From NCBI GenBank assembly GCA_963977015.1, contig CAXBMO010000001.1, positions 416,001-480,000 of the forward strand: DNA of 64,000 nt, in the 5' to 3' direction. The notes under the pieces are model-generated. The model was not told the origin of the DNA. It worked only from the letters and a program-made list of their open reading frames with translations, and made no database searches. The DNA comes from an uncultured bacterium (lineage in GTDB: Bacteria > Verrucomicrobiota > Verrucomicrobiia > Verrucomicrobiales > DEV007). Numbering within the stretch: the stretch's first letter is position 1; each line of letters begins with the position of its first letter. Of the stretch, positions 1 through 9,607 are shown piece after piece. The position numbers and the translations under genes were made by a program.

Positions 1-714
1 CTCGCGATCAACAAGGAAGAGCAAAAAATCAGCCTTGGTGTTCGCCAGCTCGAGACCAACCCTTGGGACGAAATCGACGATCGCTACCCAATCGGTACCA
101 CGATCAAAGGCAAGATTCGCAACCTCACCGCTTACGGTGCCTTTGTGGAGCTTGAAGATGGCATTGACGGCATGATCCACGTTTCCGACCTCAGTTGGAC
201 GCGGAAGATCAATCACCCAAGCGAAGTCCTCAAGAAGGGCGACGAGTTGGAAGCCCAGGTCATCGACATCGACAAGACCAACCAGCGCATCTCGCTCGGC
301 ATCAAGCAGCTTGAGAACGATCCTTGGAGCAACATCGACAACCGCTTCAAGGTTGGTGATCTGGTCAAGGGAACGGTCGCCAAGATCGCGAGCTTCGGAG
401 CTTTTGTTGAGCTTCAGGACGACATCGACGGACTGGTTCACATCAGCCAACTCAGCGAAGATCACGTGACCAAGGTCAAAGACGTGATCAAAGTGGGAGA
501 CGAAGTCGAAGCGCGTGTCATCAAGGTCGACAAGATCGAGCGCCGCATTGGTCTTTCCATCAAGGCTGTCGAATACAGCGAAGACGAATTGGTCAAGGAA
601 ACTCAGGCATTCGAAGCCCTCAAGCCAAGCACCGACTTGGTTGGCCTCGAGCAGGCCTTCAACTTGGCGACTCCCGAAGAGTGGAGCCCAAGTGCGGAGA
701 CCGAAGAAGAGTAG
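1..714 (+). CDS. rpsA: 30S ribosomal protein S1 (5'-truncated by window edge)
   Basis: Frame open from base 1. Tandem S1 repeats (GAFVELEDGIDGMIHVSDLSW, FGAFVELQDDIDGLVHISQL, RIGLSIK). Confidence 0.97.
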   Translation, partial: LAINKEEQKISLGVRQLETNPWDEIDDRYPIGTTIKGKIRNLTAYGAFVELEDGIDGMIHVSDLSWTRKINHPSEVLKKGDELEAQVIDIDKTNQRISLGIKQLENDPWSNIDNRFKVGDLVKGTVAKIASFGAFVELQDDIDGLVHISQLSEDHVTKVKDVIKVGDEVEARVIKVDKIERRIGLSIKAVEYSEDELVKETQAFEALKPSTDLVGLEQAFNLATPEEWSPSAETEEE

Positions 715-747
715 GCCCTTTCGGTTTTCTCAAATCGAACCACTTCC

Positions 748-783
748 AAAGCCGGCTCGGGATTTCCCGGGTCGGCTTTTTTT
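748..783 (+). terminator. Rho-independent terminator after rpsA
   Basis: AAAGCCGGCTCGGGA-TTT-CCCGGGTCGGCTTT hairpin followed by a T run. Confidence 0.85.
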
Positions 784-919
784 ATGGACTTGGTTGTGAG
801 GGAGCAGAGAAAGCTCTGTGACCGATCAAGAGCGCAGAAGGGAACCAAAGTGGTGTTCTTCGATGGCTCTGACGATACCGTGTCTCAGGCACTGGCAATG
901 AAACCGCTATATGACCCCG

Positions 920-2089
920 TCATTGGAGGTCGACGTTCGGCCCAACATCCTGTGGTTCAAGTCGACGGATGAGCGACTCTCCTTCCCGTCTCGTGTTTGT
1001 AACCGTCACATCCACCGGCATCAGCGTCCGGTCGTGACTTCCGATTCCTTGGCCTAGAACAATTTCTTCTCCGGCGTTTCCAATCAGAGTATTGCGATCG
1101 ATGAGAATATGGCGAACTTGGGCGTACTGATTCAGTTTCGCATTGGGAACGCCGGCGCTCAAGGCGATCGCGCCATTGATCCGGTTGCCGACGCCCTCGA
1201 TGTGATTGCCGATGATCTTGTGACCCTCGCCAACGATTCGGATCCCACCGGATTGGCGCTCTCCATCGCCCAAGATAAGGTTCTCGCGAACCACGCATCG
1301 GTTCCCATGTCTCAACGTCAGGGTGCCGGCACACCCCACGAACGTGTTCTTCTCGTAAACGTTATCGCAGGATTTGTTGGAGATGATTTCGATCTCTCCA
1401 TCGCAGTTCTCGAAGAGATTCCCCGACACCACGCAATTGCCCTTCTTCATGGAAGTTTCGCTCGTCCCGATGCGAAGCGTCTCGAACCCGTTCCCGTCTC
1501 CTTTCGCGCGGTTTTTGAAATGGTTCCGTTCAATTCGGTGGCTACCAACCTGGCCGTCCCCCAGCAACCATACTACCAAGGTCACCCCGGAATGGTCCTG
1601 CCCTTCGAAAAGGCAATGATCCACCCGGTGATGATGGCCGTACAAGCTCAGCCAGTGAAACCGGATGGACGTCTTTTTCGGGTTGTAGTTTTTGAATGTG
1701 CATCGTGTCACTCGGCAATGTGCCCCGTGCACTTGCATCACATGTCCTTCCTTCAAGCTGCCGTCCCGGAAGGTAAAACCATCCAACACCACATGTTCCC
1801 CAACCAACTGCAGTGACGATTGGCCCGTCCACGCAGAGTCCGAGCGAATGATGATCGGCTGTTCAGACGTGCCGGAAATCGTGAGTTTCGCTTCTACATC
1901 CTTCCAGTCATTTCCTGAAACCACGATAACATCACCCGGCTTTGCCGCTTTGGCCACGCGCAGCAACTCGTCGGGGGAGTTTACCTGAATTTCGGCAGCC
2001 TCGATGGAGCAAGGCAGGAGTGCCAAGGCCATTCCAAGGCACATCGATAGGCGTTGCCTCCTCTGGCGAAGGTTGCGGATTACACCCAT
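920..2089 (-). CDS. Polysaccharide lyase family 6 (alginate lyase/chondroitinase B-like beta-helix), secreted
   Basis: NGFETLRIGTS, DGEIEIISNKS and TLTLRHG motifs with the catalytic Lys/Arg. Signal-like N-terminus. Start at 2089 or 2044. Confidence 0.88.
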   Translation of the reverse strand: MGVIRNLRQRRQRLSMCLGMALALLPCSIEAAEIQVNSPDELLRVAKAAKPGDVIVVSGNDWKDVEAKLTISGTSEQPIIIRSDSAWTGQSSLQLVGEHVVLDGFTFRDGSLKEGHVMQVHGAHCRVTRCTFKNYNPKKTSIRFHWLSLYGHHHRVDHCLFEGQDHSGVTLVVWLLGDGQVGSHRIERNHFKNRAKGDGNGFETLRIGTSETSMKKGNCVVSGNLFENCDGEIEIISNKSCDNVYEKNTFVGCAGTLTLRHGNRCVVRENLILGDGERQSGGIRIVGEGHKIIGNHIEGVGNRINGAIALSAGVPNAKLNQYAQVRHILIDRNTLIGNAGEEIVLGQGIGSHDRTLMPVDVTVTNTRREGESLIRRLEPQDVGPNVDLQ

Positions 2090-2252
2090 CGCCAAACACG
2101 ATGAAACTAGCGAACGGGCACCCGTGAAGCCGAAACAAAAAATCTGTCGAAGAATAACAAACTGCAATGTGTCGGTCATTTGCTGCTGCCCCCATTCGCT
2201 GGGTTGGTCTTCCGGGACCTTAAGGCGGGCAACGAGAGCCATGCTGCGGCCT

Positions 2253-4274
2253 CTATTTCTTCTTACCCTTCTTGTAATCCTCAAGCTCTTTGCCGCGAAC
2301 GACGGTTTGGTCCGCCAAAACCAGGCTGAACTCACCACGGGTCTCCTTGGCAATCTTTGTCATCAAGTCCTCCGTCGCACTGTTCAAGACCATCATGTTG
2401 ATGGTGTTGATCTTCGGCCGTCCTTTGGACTTGGCGTACTTGATGATGTCGTCCACGACTTTCTCTTTGCCGGAAATTCCGAACGCTCCATCAGTCATGA
2501 AGAAAATCGTATCGGGCTCCATGTTGATGGCCATGTAGAGAGGCCAGCGCCAATCCGTGCCGGCCCCAAGTTTGGTTTCCTCGATGATTTTGAGCGACTT
2601 GCGGATGTTGCTCCGGGTAGAGGGCATGTATTTACCCTTTGGCAATTCCCTGGGATCGAGGCCCCAGGACGGATGAAAGAGTGCGTTGAATTTTCCGCCT
2701 TTGGGAACCCGCTTGTCTTCGTTCTCTCCCATGTACCAAACCCACTTGTCGTTTCCTCGTTCAGCCTCGATGACGAAATTGTCCCATTTTTCCTTGTTCG
2801 ACTTCATGTAACTTTGTTCGTGATACCACGCGGGGCCGTGAAAGAAGATCAACTGATAGTCGATTCCTCCGGGGAGCGCGTTCACGGACTTCGCGAGTTC
2901 CTTGCGCATCAGCGTGTCCTTATCCTGGGACTTCATGGAGAGGGAATAGTCGACGGCGAAGACCACCTTCTTGGAGGTCGACTTCGAACCGAAAAACGAG
3001 ACCATTCCTCCGTCTTCGCCGGCGTCGAAACTCATGCTTGCGCCAAACCCGTCGCCCATTCCAATTGGATCGAAAGAGATGAGGTCTGTCTGAATATCCG
3101 GCATCGCCACGGCTGAGGCTCCCGCAACACTGACGACTTCCATTTGACTGGATGCGGACTGAACCGGTTTGCGCTGGACCTGCTTTTGAAGCTCCTGCTT
3201 CTGCATCGTGTCCTGATCGAGCACTTGCGCGGCAGATGCGACAATCTGCGGAGGCTGCTCCTGCGGCAAATTCATGGCGACCAGTCCGAAAAGTAGGGCC
3301 AAAACGACGTGAGCGACGACTGCGATCATCACCGCAGACATCTTCTGATTCTTGTCATTGTTCTTCTCCATCGCTTTGACGACTGCGCCTGCCTCAGCCA
3401 CCATCAAATGCCGGGTTTGGTGAAGATGATTCTCGAATTCAACGACTTCCTCGCCGCCCTGATCCACAAGGTGTGCATGGGGATCGAACGCTTCCGGAGT
3501 GACCATGTGTGCCGCCGTTTCACGAAGATCAGGGACTGGCTTGAGAGGGTTTTTTGGGGGCGCAACGTCCGCTTCAACGGCCGGAATCATCGTGATTGCA
3601 GATTCTACCGGTTTTGAAGCTTCCGGTTCAGGAACCTCGGCAACCGGACGCGCTGGGATGACGGCTTTTCCGGGGGGAGGCGTCATCGGTGCCGGGCTGG
3701 CCATGGTTGGGGCCTGGATTTCGGCAATTGCCGGGGGAGCGGCTTCCTGAGGGGGCTCCTCGATTGCAACGGGCTCCTCAACGGCCACGGGTTCCTCAAT
3801 GGCCACGGGTTCGACGATTTCGACCGGCTCGGCGGCAGCAGGTTGTTCCGTTGGAGCCACGACTGCAGGTGCGGCTGGCTCCATATCAGCGAGCTTGGCT
3901 GCCAAAATGTCATCCTCCAGTTCCGCATTCAGGGCAACCGCAGTGTTGTAGTGCTCCCGCGCCTTATTCAGGTTTCCGGTTTTCGCCATCAATTTGGCGG
4001 TGAGATAGTGCCCGACCGCGCTGGAAGGCTTGTGGGCGACGAATGCGGACAAAATGGGTTCTGCGGCAGCTGGCTGACCGGCTTTCACGGCATATTCCGT
4101 CAGTTTCCGCAGTTCAGCTTCGGTTCCCGGCGCAACCGTCGCTTCTCCAATCACTTGGACGACATCGGCATGGGCTTCGCCAGCGCTCAGTTTGTCAAGA
4201 AGCTCGAAACGAACGGTCCAGTCTTCAGGTGAATGTTGAAGAGCGTTATACAGAGCTTGTTCGACGGTATTCAT
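2253..4274 (-). CDS. Single-pass membrane protein: TPR-like N-terminus, Pro/Glu-rich linker, TM helix, C-terminal VWA domain
   Basis: MIDAS elements DYSLS, GTDW and FFMTDG. TM segment AVMIAVVAHVVLALLFGLV. TPR-like AREHYNTAVALN. Confidence 0.75.
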   Translation of the reverse strand: MNTVEQALYNALQHSPEDWTVRFELLDKLSAGEAHADVVQVIGEATVAPGTEAELRKLTEYAVKAGQPAAAEPILSAFVAHKPSSAVGHYLTAKLMAKTGNLNKAREHYNTAVALNAELEDDILAAKLADMEPAAPAVVAPTEQPAAAEPVEIVEPVAIEEPVAVEEPVAIEEPPQEAAPPAIAEIQAPTMASPAPMTPPPGKAVIPARPVAEVPEPEASKPVESAITMIPAVEADVAPPKNPLKPVPDLRETAAHMVTPEAFDPHAHLVDQGGEEVVEFENHLHQTRHLMVAEAGAVVKAMEKNNDKNQKMSAVMIAVVAHVVLALLFGLVAMNLPQEQPPQIVASAAQVLDQDTMQKQELQKQVQRKPVQSASSQMEVVSVAGASAVAMPDIQTDLISFDPIGMGDGFGASMSFDAGEDGGMVSFFGSKSTSKKVVFAVDYSLSMKSQDKDTLMRKELAKSVNALPGGIDYQLIFFHGPAWYHEQSYMKSNKEKWDNFVIEAERGNDKWVWYMGENEDKRVPKGGKFNALFHPSWGLDPRELPKGKYMPSTRSNIRKSLKIIEETKLGAGTDWRWPLYMAINMEPDTIFFMTDGAFGISGKEKVVDDIIKYAKSKGRPKINTINMMVLNSATEDLMTKIAKETRGEFSLVLADQTVVRGKELEDYKKGKKK
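3754..3830 (-). repeat. Imperfect 18-bp tandem coding repeat (EPVAIE-type, about 4 copies)
   Basis: Protein reads EPVEIV-EPVAIE-EPVAVE-EPVAIE-EP. Confidence 0.7.
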
Positions 4275-4357
4275 GGATGAGGGGAAAACGAGCGATTGGG
4301 GAGAATCTTTGAAAAAAGACTCTAATTCTATCAACTTGGTTCTGTCGAGTGCGATTC

Positions 4358-5398
4358 TTAAGTCGCGAACCCCAACTCTCGCTTCACAATTTCGATGCCG
4401 GCGACCATGTTTTGGAGCTTCTTTTTCGCCGCCCAACGGGCCGTTTGGCTCAATCCGCAATCGGGAGCAAACACGAGGCGATCCGCCGGGGCGTGATGGA
4501 GGCATTCCCGCACCCGATCCGCGATCAACTCGGGAGATTCAATGAAGTAGCTCTTTACATCGATGATGCCGACCGCGACATCCATGCGTTCCGCCACCTG
4601 ACTGATCACTTCCAACTCCGCATATTCGCGACTCGCCATCTCCAAATGCAATTCATCGACTTTCAGGTCGAGAAAATCCGGGAACAACGGGGCGTAGCGG
4701 CGGTAGCCCACGGCGTGCCCCTTGAAGTTGCCGAAGCAAAGATGGGTGCAGAGGCGCGTTTTGCCAATGACCGGCTCGACCGTGCGATTGAAGATGTCGA
4801 CAAATCGCTTGGTGTCCTCCCTGTAGCCGTAGCAGCTCATGGATGGCTCATCGACGCAGATTTCTTCGCAGCCAGCTTCTACCAGGGCCTCCAGTTCATC
4901 TCGGATCAGCGGCAGAAGCGCCTCGGTGACGGCATAGCGATCGGGATACTCGGCATTCGGAACGAGTCGGCCGCTCATGGTGAAGGGGCCTGGAACGCTC
5001 ATTTTCAAGCGTGGGCCAGCTGGAGCGAGGCGTTTGAGGCGCTCGAATTCCTCGACCGCGCCGAGACCCCGCGGAGCTGCCAACGTCCCTGAAATTTCAT
5101 GCTTCCCGCGCTGATCGTGAGCCGGTGGGCCAAATTTTCGTGGGCTGTCCGGTTCCAGCTCGATCCCGTCGATAAATCCGTAAAAGCTGAGATTGAAGTC
5201 AAAACGCGTTTGCTCGCCATCGGTAATCACATCGAGTCCGCTGTGAACCTGGTCCTGAATCGCGACCGTCGCAGCGTCGTCCTGCATTTCGGCCAAATCC
5301 GCGGCTCCAAACTGGTCCAGGTTCTGCGAGGCGAACTCAAGCCAGCCGGGAAAGGGGTAGCTGCCAATGACGCTGCTGCGAAGGGGGCGCTCTTGCAT
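4358..5398 (-). CDS. Cobalamin-independent methionine synthase family, stand-alone catalytic barrel
   Basis: VIGSYP, ITDGEQ, Zn ligands THLCFGN / HLE / PDCG. No N-terminal MetE barrel. Confidence 0.85.
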   Translation of the reverse strand: MQERPLRSSVIGSYPFPGWLEFASQNLDQFGAADLAEMQDDAATVAIQDQVHSGLDVITDGEQTRFDFNLSFYGFIDGIELEPDSPRKFGPPAHDQRGKHEISGTLAAPRGLGAVEEFERLKRLAPAGPRLKMSVPGPFTMSGRLVPNAEYPDRYAVTEALLPLIRDELEALVEAGCEEICVDEPSMSCYGYREDTKRFVDIFNRTVEPVIGKTRLCTHLCFGNFKGHAVGYRRYAPLFPDFLDLKVDELHLEMASREYAELEVISQVAERMDVAVGIIDVKSYFIESPELIADRVRECLHHAPADRLVFAPDCGLSQTARWAAKKKLQNMVAGIEIVKRELGFAT

Positions 5399-5487
5399 GG
5401 GCAAGCCTGTCGGCTGATTCGCGGAAATGCAAGGGAATCGCAAGGACCAGAGTTGCGCTTCCGCGTTTTTAAGGGATTCTCAATCCC

Positions 5488-6726
5488 ATGCCCGATCTTC
5501 TCGTTATCGGCGGTGGCGCGGCTGGATTTTTTGGCGCGATTGCGTGTGCCGAATCGTTGGCGAAACCTGCTGAAATTCTCATCCTGGAGAAGAGCCCCAA
5601 CGTGCTGACGAAGGTGAAAATTTCCGGGGGTGGACGCTGCAATGTGACCCATGCCTGCTTCGATCCGAAGTTGCTGACGACGAACTATCCACGCGGCGGG
5701 CGGAGTTTGATCGGTCCGTTTCATCACTGGCAGGCCGAAGACACCGTCAGTTGGTTTGAGGATCGCGGAGTTGAACTCAAGACCGAGGCCGACGGGCGCA
5801 TGTTTCCCACCACCGACAAGTCGCAGACCATTATCGATTGCCTGACCTCGGCGGCACGGGAATCCGGGATTCAATGGCAAACCGGCGTTGAGGTTCGCAA
5901 GATCGAGACGGACGGCGATCGGTTCACGGTGTGGACTTCCGACGACCGAAAACTGGAGGTTTCCGCGGTGCTTCTCGCTACGGGTGGAACGCGCAGTGCG
6001 GCTGCGGCCAAGCCGGCGGTGGATTTGGGTCACTCCTTGATTTCAGCGACGCCTTCCTTGTTCACCTTTCACATTGATGATCCCCGGTTGAGCGACCTGC
6101 AGGGATTGTCCGTCCCGATGGCCTGTGTCCGGGATTTGGGGACGAAACAGGAGTCGAATGGTCCCATGCTCATCACGCATTGGGGGTTGAGTGGCCCCGC
6201 CGTGTTGAAGCTCTCCGCCTGGGGTGCTCGGGAAATGGCGGAACGCGATTATCGCTTCGAAATTGAGGTAAATTGGCTGGGTGACGTCACCATTGAGCAG
6301 GCGGACGCGGTTTTCCGGACCCAGCGCAGTAACCATGGGAGCCGACAGATTGCGACGCGTTCACCCTTTGAATCGCTGCCGCGAAGGCTCTGGAGTCGTC
6401 AGGTTGAACAATCGGGCGTTCCCGAGAACGCGACGTGGGCCAACTTGCAAAAGGAGCACGCGAAATCGTTGCTTCAGAATTTGGTGAAAGCTCGTTTTCA
6501 GGTGACGGGAAAGAGTCTCAACAAGGAGGAATTCGTAACCTGCGGCGGGGTTCGGCTCAAGGACGTGAATCTGAAAACCATGGAGAGCAAGATTCAGCCC
6601 GGTCTCTATTTGGCGGGCGAAGTGCTCGACATTGACGGCGTGACCGGCGGATTCAATTTCCAGGCGGCTTGGACGACCGGAGTGCTCGCCGGGAGAGCGA
6701 TTGCCGACCGACTCGAGGTGGAATAG
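5488..6726 (+). CDS. HI0933/YhiN (BaiN-like) flavoprotein
   Basis: GGGAAG, KISGGGRCNVT, GRMFP, THWGLSGP, GEVLDIDGVTGGFNFQAAW. Confidence 0.93.
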   Translation: MPDLLVIGGGAAGFFGAIACAESLAKPAEILILEKSPNVLTKVKISGGGRCNVTHACFDPKLLTTNYPRGGRSLIGPFHHWQAEDTVSWFEDRGVELKTEADGRMFPTTDKSQTIIDCLTSAARESGIQWQTGVEVRKIETDGDRFTVWTSDDRKLEVSAVLLATGGTRSAAAAKPAVDLGHSLISATPSLFTFHIDDPRLSDLQGLSVPMACVRDLGTKQESNGPMLITHWGLSGPAVLKLSAWGAREMAERDYRFEIEVNWLGDVTIEQADAVFRTQRSNHGSRQIATRSPFESLPRRLWSRQVEQSGVPENATWANLQKEHAKSLLQNLVKARFQVTGKSLNKEEFVTCGGVRLKDVNLKTMESKIQPGLYLAGEVLDIDGVTGGFNFQAAWTTGVLAGRAIADRLEVE

Positions 6727-6776
6727 GAGCTCGGAGTGTTGCGGTTTGCGCAAACCCATGCGACGCAGGAGGCATC

Positions 6777-8156
6777 TTGAGCGCATTGTTTCAACGTTGG
6801 CTGTCCAACCGGCCCAAGTCAGCCGACTGGGTCATTCAAAACCGCAAATATTTCTATATCGCGGGAACGTTTCTGATCATTATGGCGGGAATGCTGTTCT
6901 ACTGGTTCGGTGTTCGCGGCAATCAAACCCTTCCAACGATTTGGATCAGCAGCGGCTCCAAGGATGGGGGATACGAGCGAATTGCCGAGGTCTTGGCGAC
7001 TCACATTGCCGGGCAGCTTCCGGAAACGGAAGTCCGCGTGTTGTCGAGCGACGGCTCGATCGAAAATTTGGAGCGCGTCGCACGCGGAGAGGCGCAGTTG
7101 GGCCTAGTGCAAAATGACGTCGCAGGCGATGGTGAGTTTCGGGTTCTCAGCCCGCTTCACGAGGAGGTCCTTCATCTCTTTGTCGCGAAGAACAGCAATA
7201 TTTGGAATCTGCCCGACTTGAAAGGAAGGCGGGTCGCGGTGGGGCCGGAACGGGGAGGGACTTCCAAGCTGATCAACAGCTTGTTCGAACTTTACGGCTT
7301 GAAAGGGGACGTCGAATTGGTTCACGAACCGATCGAGGAGGCGATGATCGAGCTTGCGGAAGGGACCGTCCAGGTGTGCGCCATGGTCACCGCGTTGGGA
7401 ACACCGGTTTGCCGCAAGTATCTCGCATCCGGAGAGGTCAGGCTGATGGGAATCAGCGAACCGGGATTGGAAGGCAGTGTCGTCGATGGATTTCGACTGC
7501 ATTACCCGTTTGTCCATCCGGCAACGATTCCGCGTGGAAGTTACGCCAACAATTCCGCCTCGATGCTCGAACCGCTCGACCCGTTGGGAACGATCGGCGT
7601 TCGCTCCCTGCTCGTTTGCCGGGCGGACCTGCCGGAAGAGGCAACGCGGAAGATCACCGAAGCCGTCATCCAGGCTCGGCCCGAACTCATCGAGATGGGA
7701 TTTCCGGAGATGGCCGATTCTCATAGCAGTTTTGGGACGTCCTATCGCTACCCCTATCATCCCGGCGTTTTGCGCTACCTTCGGAGCGATCCCACGTTTC
7801 TGGAGCAATATGCCGAGTCGATGGGCTTCATCCTTTCGGTGATGCTCGCGTTGGGGGGAATCGTCGCCAGTTGCCGCCAATGGATGAGTCAGGTGAAGAA
7901 AGATCGAATTGACGAGTTTTACCTCGAACTCGACGAGATCCAGAATCGCCTCGTCAAGCAGCGTCCCTCGCAAACCGAGTTGGAGGAGATACTGGACCAA
8001 TTGCTCGCCAGTCGTCACCGGGCGGTCAGCGCGCTGGTGCGGGAGAACGTGGTTGCGGATGAAAGTTTCCTCATTTTCCAGTCGCTGCTCACCGATTCGA
8101 TCCGGGAAGTCGAGCGGCAAATGAGCGGTTTCGAAGAAAACGTCGAAAAGCTGTGA
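6777..8156 (+). CDS. TAXI-family solute-binding protein with N- and C-terminal TM segments
   Basis: SGSKDGGY, SDGSIENL, LVQND, DLKGRRVAVG, YHPG. TTG start after AGGAGG. Confidence 0.8.
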   Translation: MSALFQRWLSNRPKSADWVIQNRKYFYIAGTFLIIMAGMLFYWFGVRGNQTLPTIWISSGSKDGGYERIAEVLATHIAGQLPETEVRVLSSDGSIENLERVARGEAQLGLVQNDVAGDGEFRVLSPLHEEVLHLFVAKNSNIWNLPDLKGRRVAVGPERGGTSKLINSLFELYGLKGDVELVHEPIEEAMIELAEGTVQVCAMVTALGTPVCRKYLASGEVRLMGISEPGLEGSVVDGFRLHYPFVHPATIPRGSYANNSASMLEPLDPLGTIGVRSLLVCRADLPEEATRKITEAVIQARPELIEMGFPEMADSHSSFGTSYRYPYHPGVLRYLRSDPTFLEQYAESMGFILSVMLALGGIVASCRQWMSQVKKDRIDEFYLELDEIQNRLVKQRPSQTELEEILDQLLASRHRAVSALVRENVVADESFLIFQSLLTDSIREVERQMSGFEENVEKL

Positions 8157-8212
8157 TAGAGCCGATTCTGAGTGCGCGTGAATTACCGCATAGAGCATCA
8201 ACTCCATCAAAA

Positions 8213-9508
8213 ATGACCTCGATCACCCATTCCGACGAATTCACCCGGCGCCGCTTCATGGAAGGCACCGCAAAAACCTTCCTGGGCGTTGGTGCCTTGG
8301 GCCTCACCACGCGCGGTTTTGCAGCGAAAGGGCCGGGGCTTGAGTTGGAACCTCGGGTGGGAGGCGCCAAGCACATCATCTACCTCTACATGGGTGGAGG
8401 GATGACGCATCTGGATACGTTTGACACCAAGCCCGGTCACGAAAACCAGGGACAGACCAAGACGATCAACACCAACGTTGATGGAGTTCGGATTTCCGAG
8501 TATCTCCCTTCGCTCGCCAATCACGCCGACAAACTCGCCATCGTAAACTCGCTCACCTCGACCGCGGGCGCGCACTCTCAGGGCAATTACCTGATGCACA
8601 CCAGCTACGAAGAGCGCGCCACGATTCGTCACCCCGGAATTGGTGCCTGGCTGCTCAAGTTTCAAGGCCGCCTCAACCCCAATCTTCCGGGTTCCGTCTT
8701 CATCGGTGGCAACAGCCGGATCAACGGTGGTGGCGGCTTTTTTGAGCCTGAATACGAGCCGCTTGCGATCAACGATCCCGATTCCGGCCTGAAGAACTCC
8801 AAGCGCCGTGGCATGGACGAGGCCACCTTCAATCATCGCCTTGATCTCGCTCGCAAGTTCGACGCCGAGTTTCACCAGCAATACAACGTCAAGCAGGTCC
8901 GCGCCTACACCCAGATGTATGACGACGCCGTCCGCATCATGACCAGCCGCGACCTCGCCGCCTTTGACCTCAAGAAAGAGGACGACAACATTCGCGAAGC
9001 CTACGGCGACAACTCCTTTGGTCAGGGCTGTCTCCTCGCACGCCGCCTCATCGAGCACGACGTCCGCGCCGTCGAGGTCAGCTACGGCGGATGGGACATG
9101 CACAACAACGTCTTCATCTCCGCGCCCGAGCGCTGCCAGGTCCTCGACCAAGCCATGTCGACGCTCCTCAGCGACCTCGATCGCCGCGGCAAGCTCGATG
9201 AAACCGTCGTCGTCCTCACCACCGAATTTGGCCGGACCCCACGCATCAACCAGAATGCGGGTCGCGACCACTACCCCAAAGCCTTCAGCTCAGTTCTCGC
9301 CGGTGGCGGAATCAAAGGCGGTCAGAAATACGGAAAGACCGATGAAGGCGGAGAAAACGTCATCGAAAACCCGGTCAAGATTGAGGACTTCAACGCCACG
9401 ATCGCCCACTCGCTTGGCCTGCCGATCGACCATGTACTTTACAGCCCCAGTAAGCGCCCCTTCACCGTTGCCCACAAAGGCAAACCGGTCCTGGATCTGC
9501 TTGCCTAA
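8213..9508 (+). CDS. DUF1501 family protein with Tat signal
   Basis: TRRRFM Tat motif; YMGGGMTHLDTFD, FGQGCLLARRL, GWDMH, EFGRTPRIN, GRDHY. Confidence 0.92.
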   Translation: MTSITHSDEFTRRRFMEGTAKTFLGVGALGLTTRGFAAKGPGLELEPRVGGAKHIIYLYMGGGMTHLDTFDTKPGHENQGQTKTINTNVDGVRISEYLPSLANHADKLAIVNSLTSTAGAHSQGNYLMHTSYEERATIRHPGIGAWLLKFQGRLNPNLPGSVFIGGNSRINGGGGFFEPEYEPLAINDPDSGLKNSKRRGMDEATFNHRLDLARKFDAEFHQQYNVKQVRAYTQMYDDAVRIMTSRDLAAFDLKKEDDNIREAYGDNSFGQGCLLARRLIEHDVRAVEVSYGGWDMHNNVFISAPERCQVLDQAMSTLLSDLDRRGKLDETVVVLTTEFGRTPRINQNAGRDHYPKAFSSVLAGGGIKGGQKYGKTDEGGENVIENPVKIEDFNATIAHSLGLPIDHVLYSPSKRPFTVAHKGKPVLDLLA

Positions 9509-9548
9509 AGGTTGTAATACCAAAAACACACAAGTTTGCTTCATCAGG

Positions 9549-9580
9549 GCGCCTCGGAGGGAAACCTCCGGGGCGTTTCT
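9549..9580. terminator. GC hairpin between convergent DUF1501 gene and hrpB
   Basis: 12-bp stem GCGCCTCGGAGG-GAAA-CCTCCGGGGCGT, then TTCT. Confidence 0.7.
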
Positions 9581-9607
9581 GCGTTGGGCTGAACGGTTGC
9601 GAGACCG

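Noticed and set aside
2090-2353. Long N-terminal extensions in the ORF track (also 4505, 33615, 48314, 61960)
   Set aside because: They overlap neighbouring genes; downstream ATGs give sensible signal peptides or domain starts.
8207-9271. 354-aa antisense ORF, and similar long shadow ORFs (2004..3116, 7104..8210, 10487..11413, 45581..46627, 49780..50769)
   Set aside because: They lie opposite well-supported genes, carry no recognisable motifs, and are expected from GC-rich codon bias.
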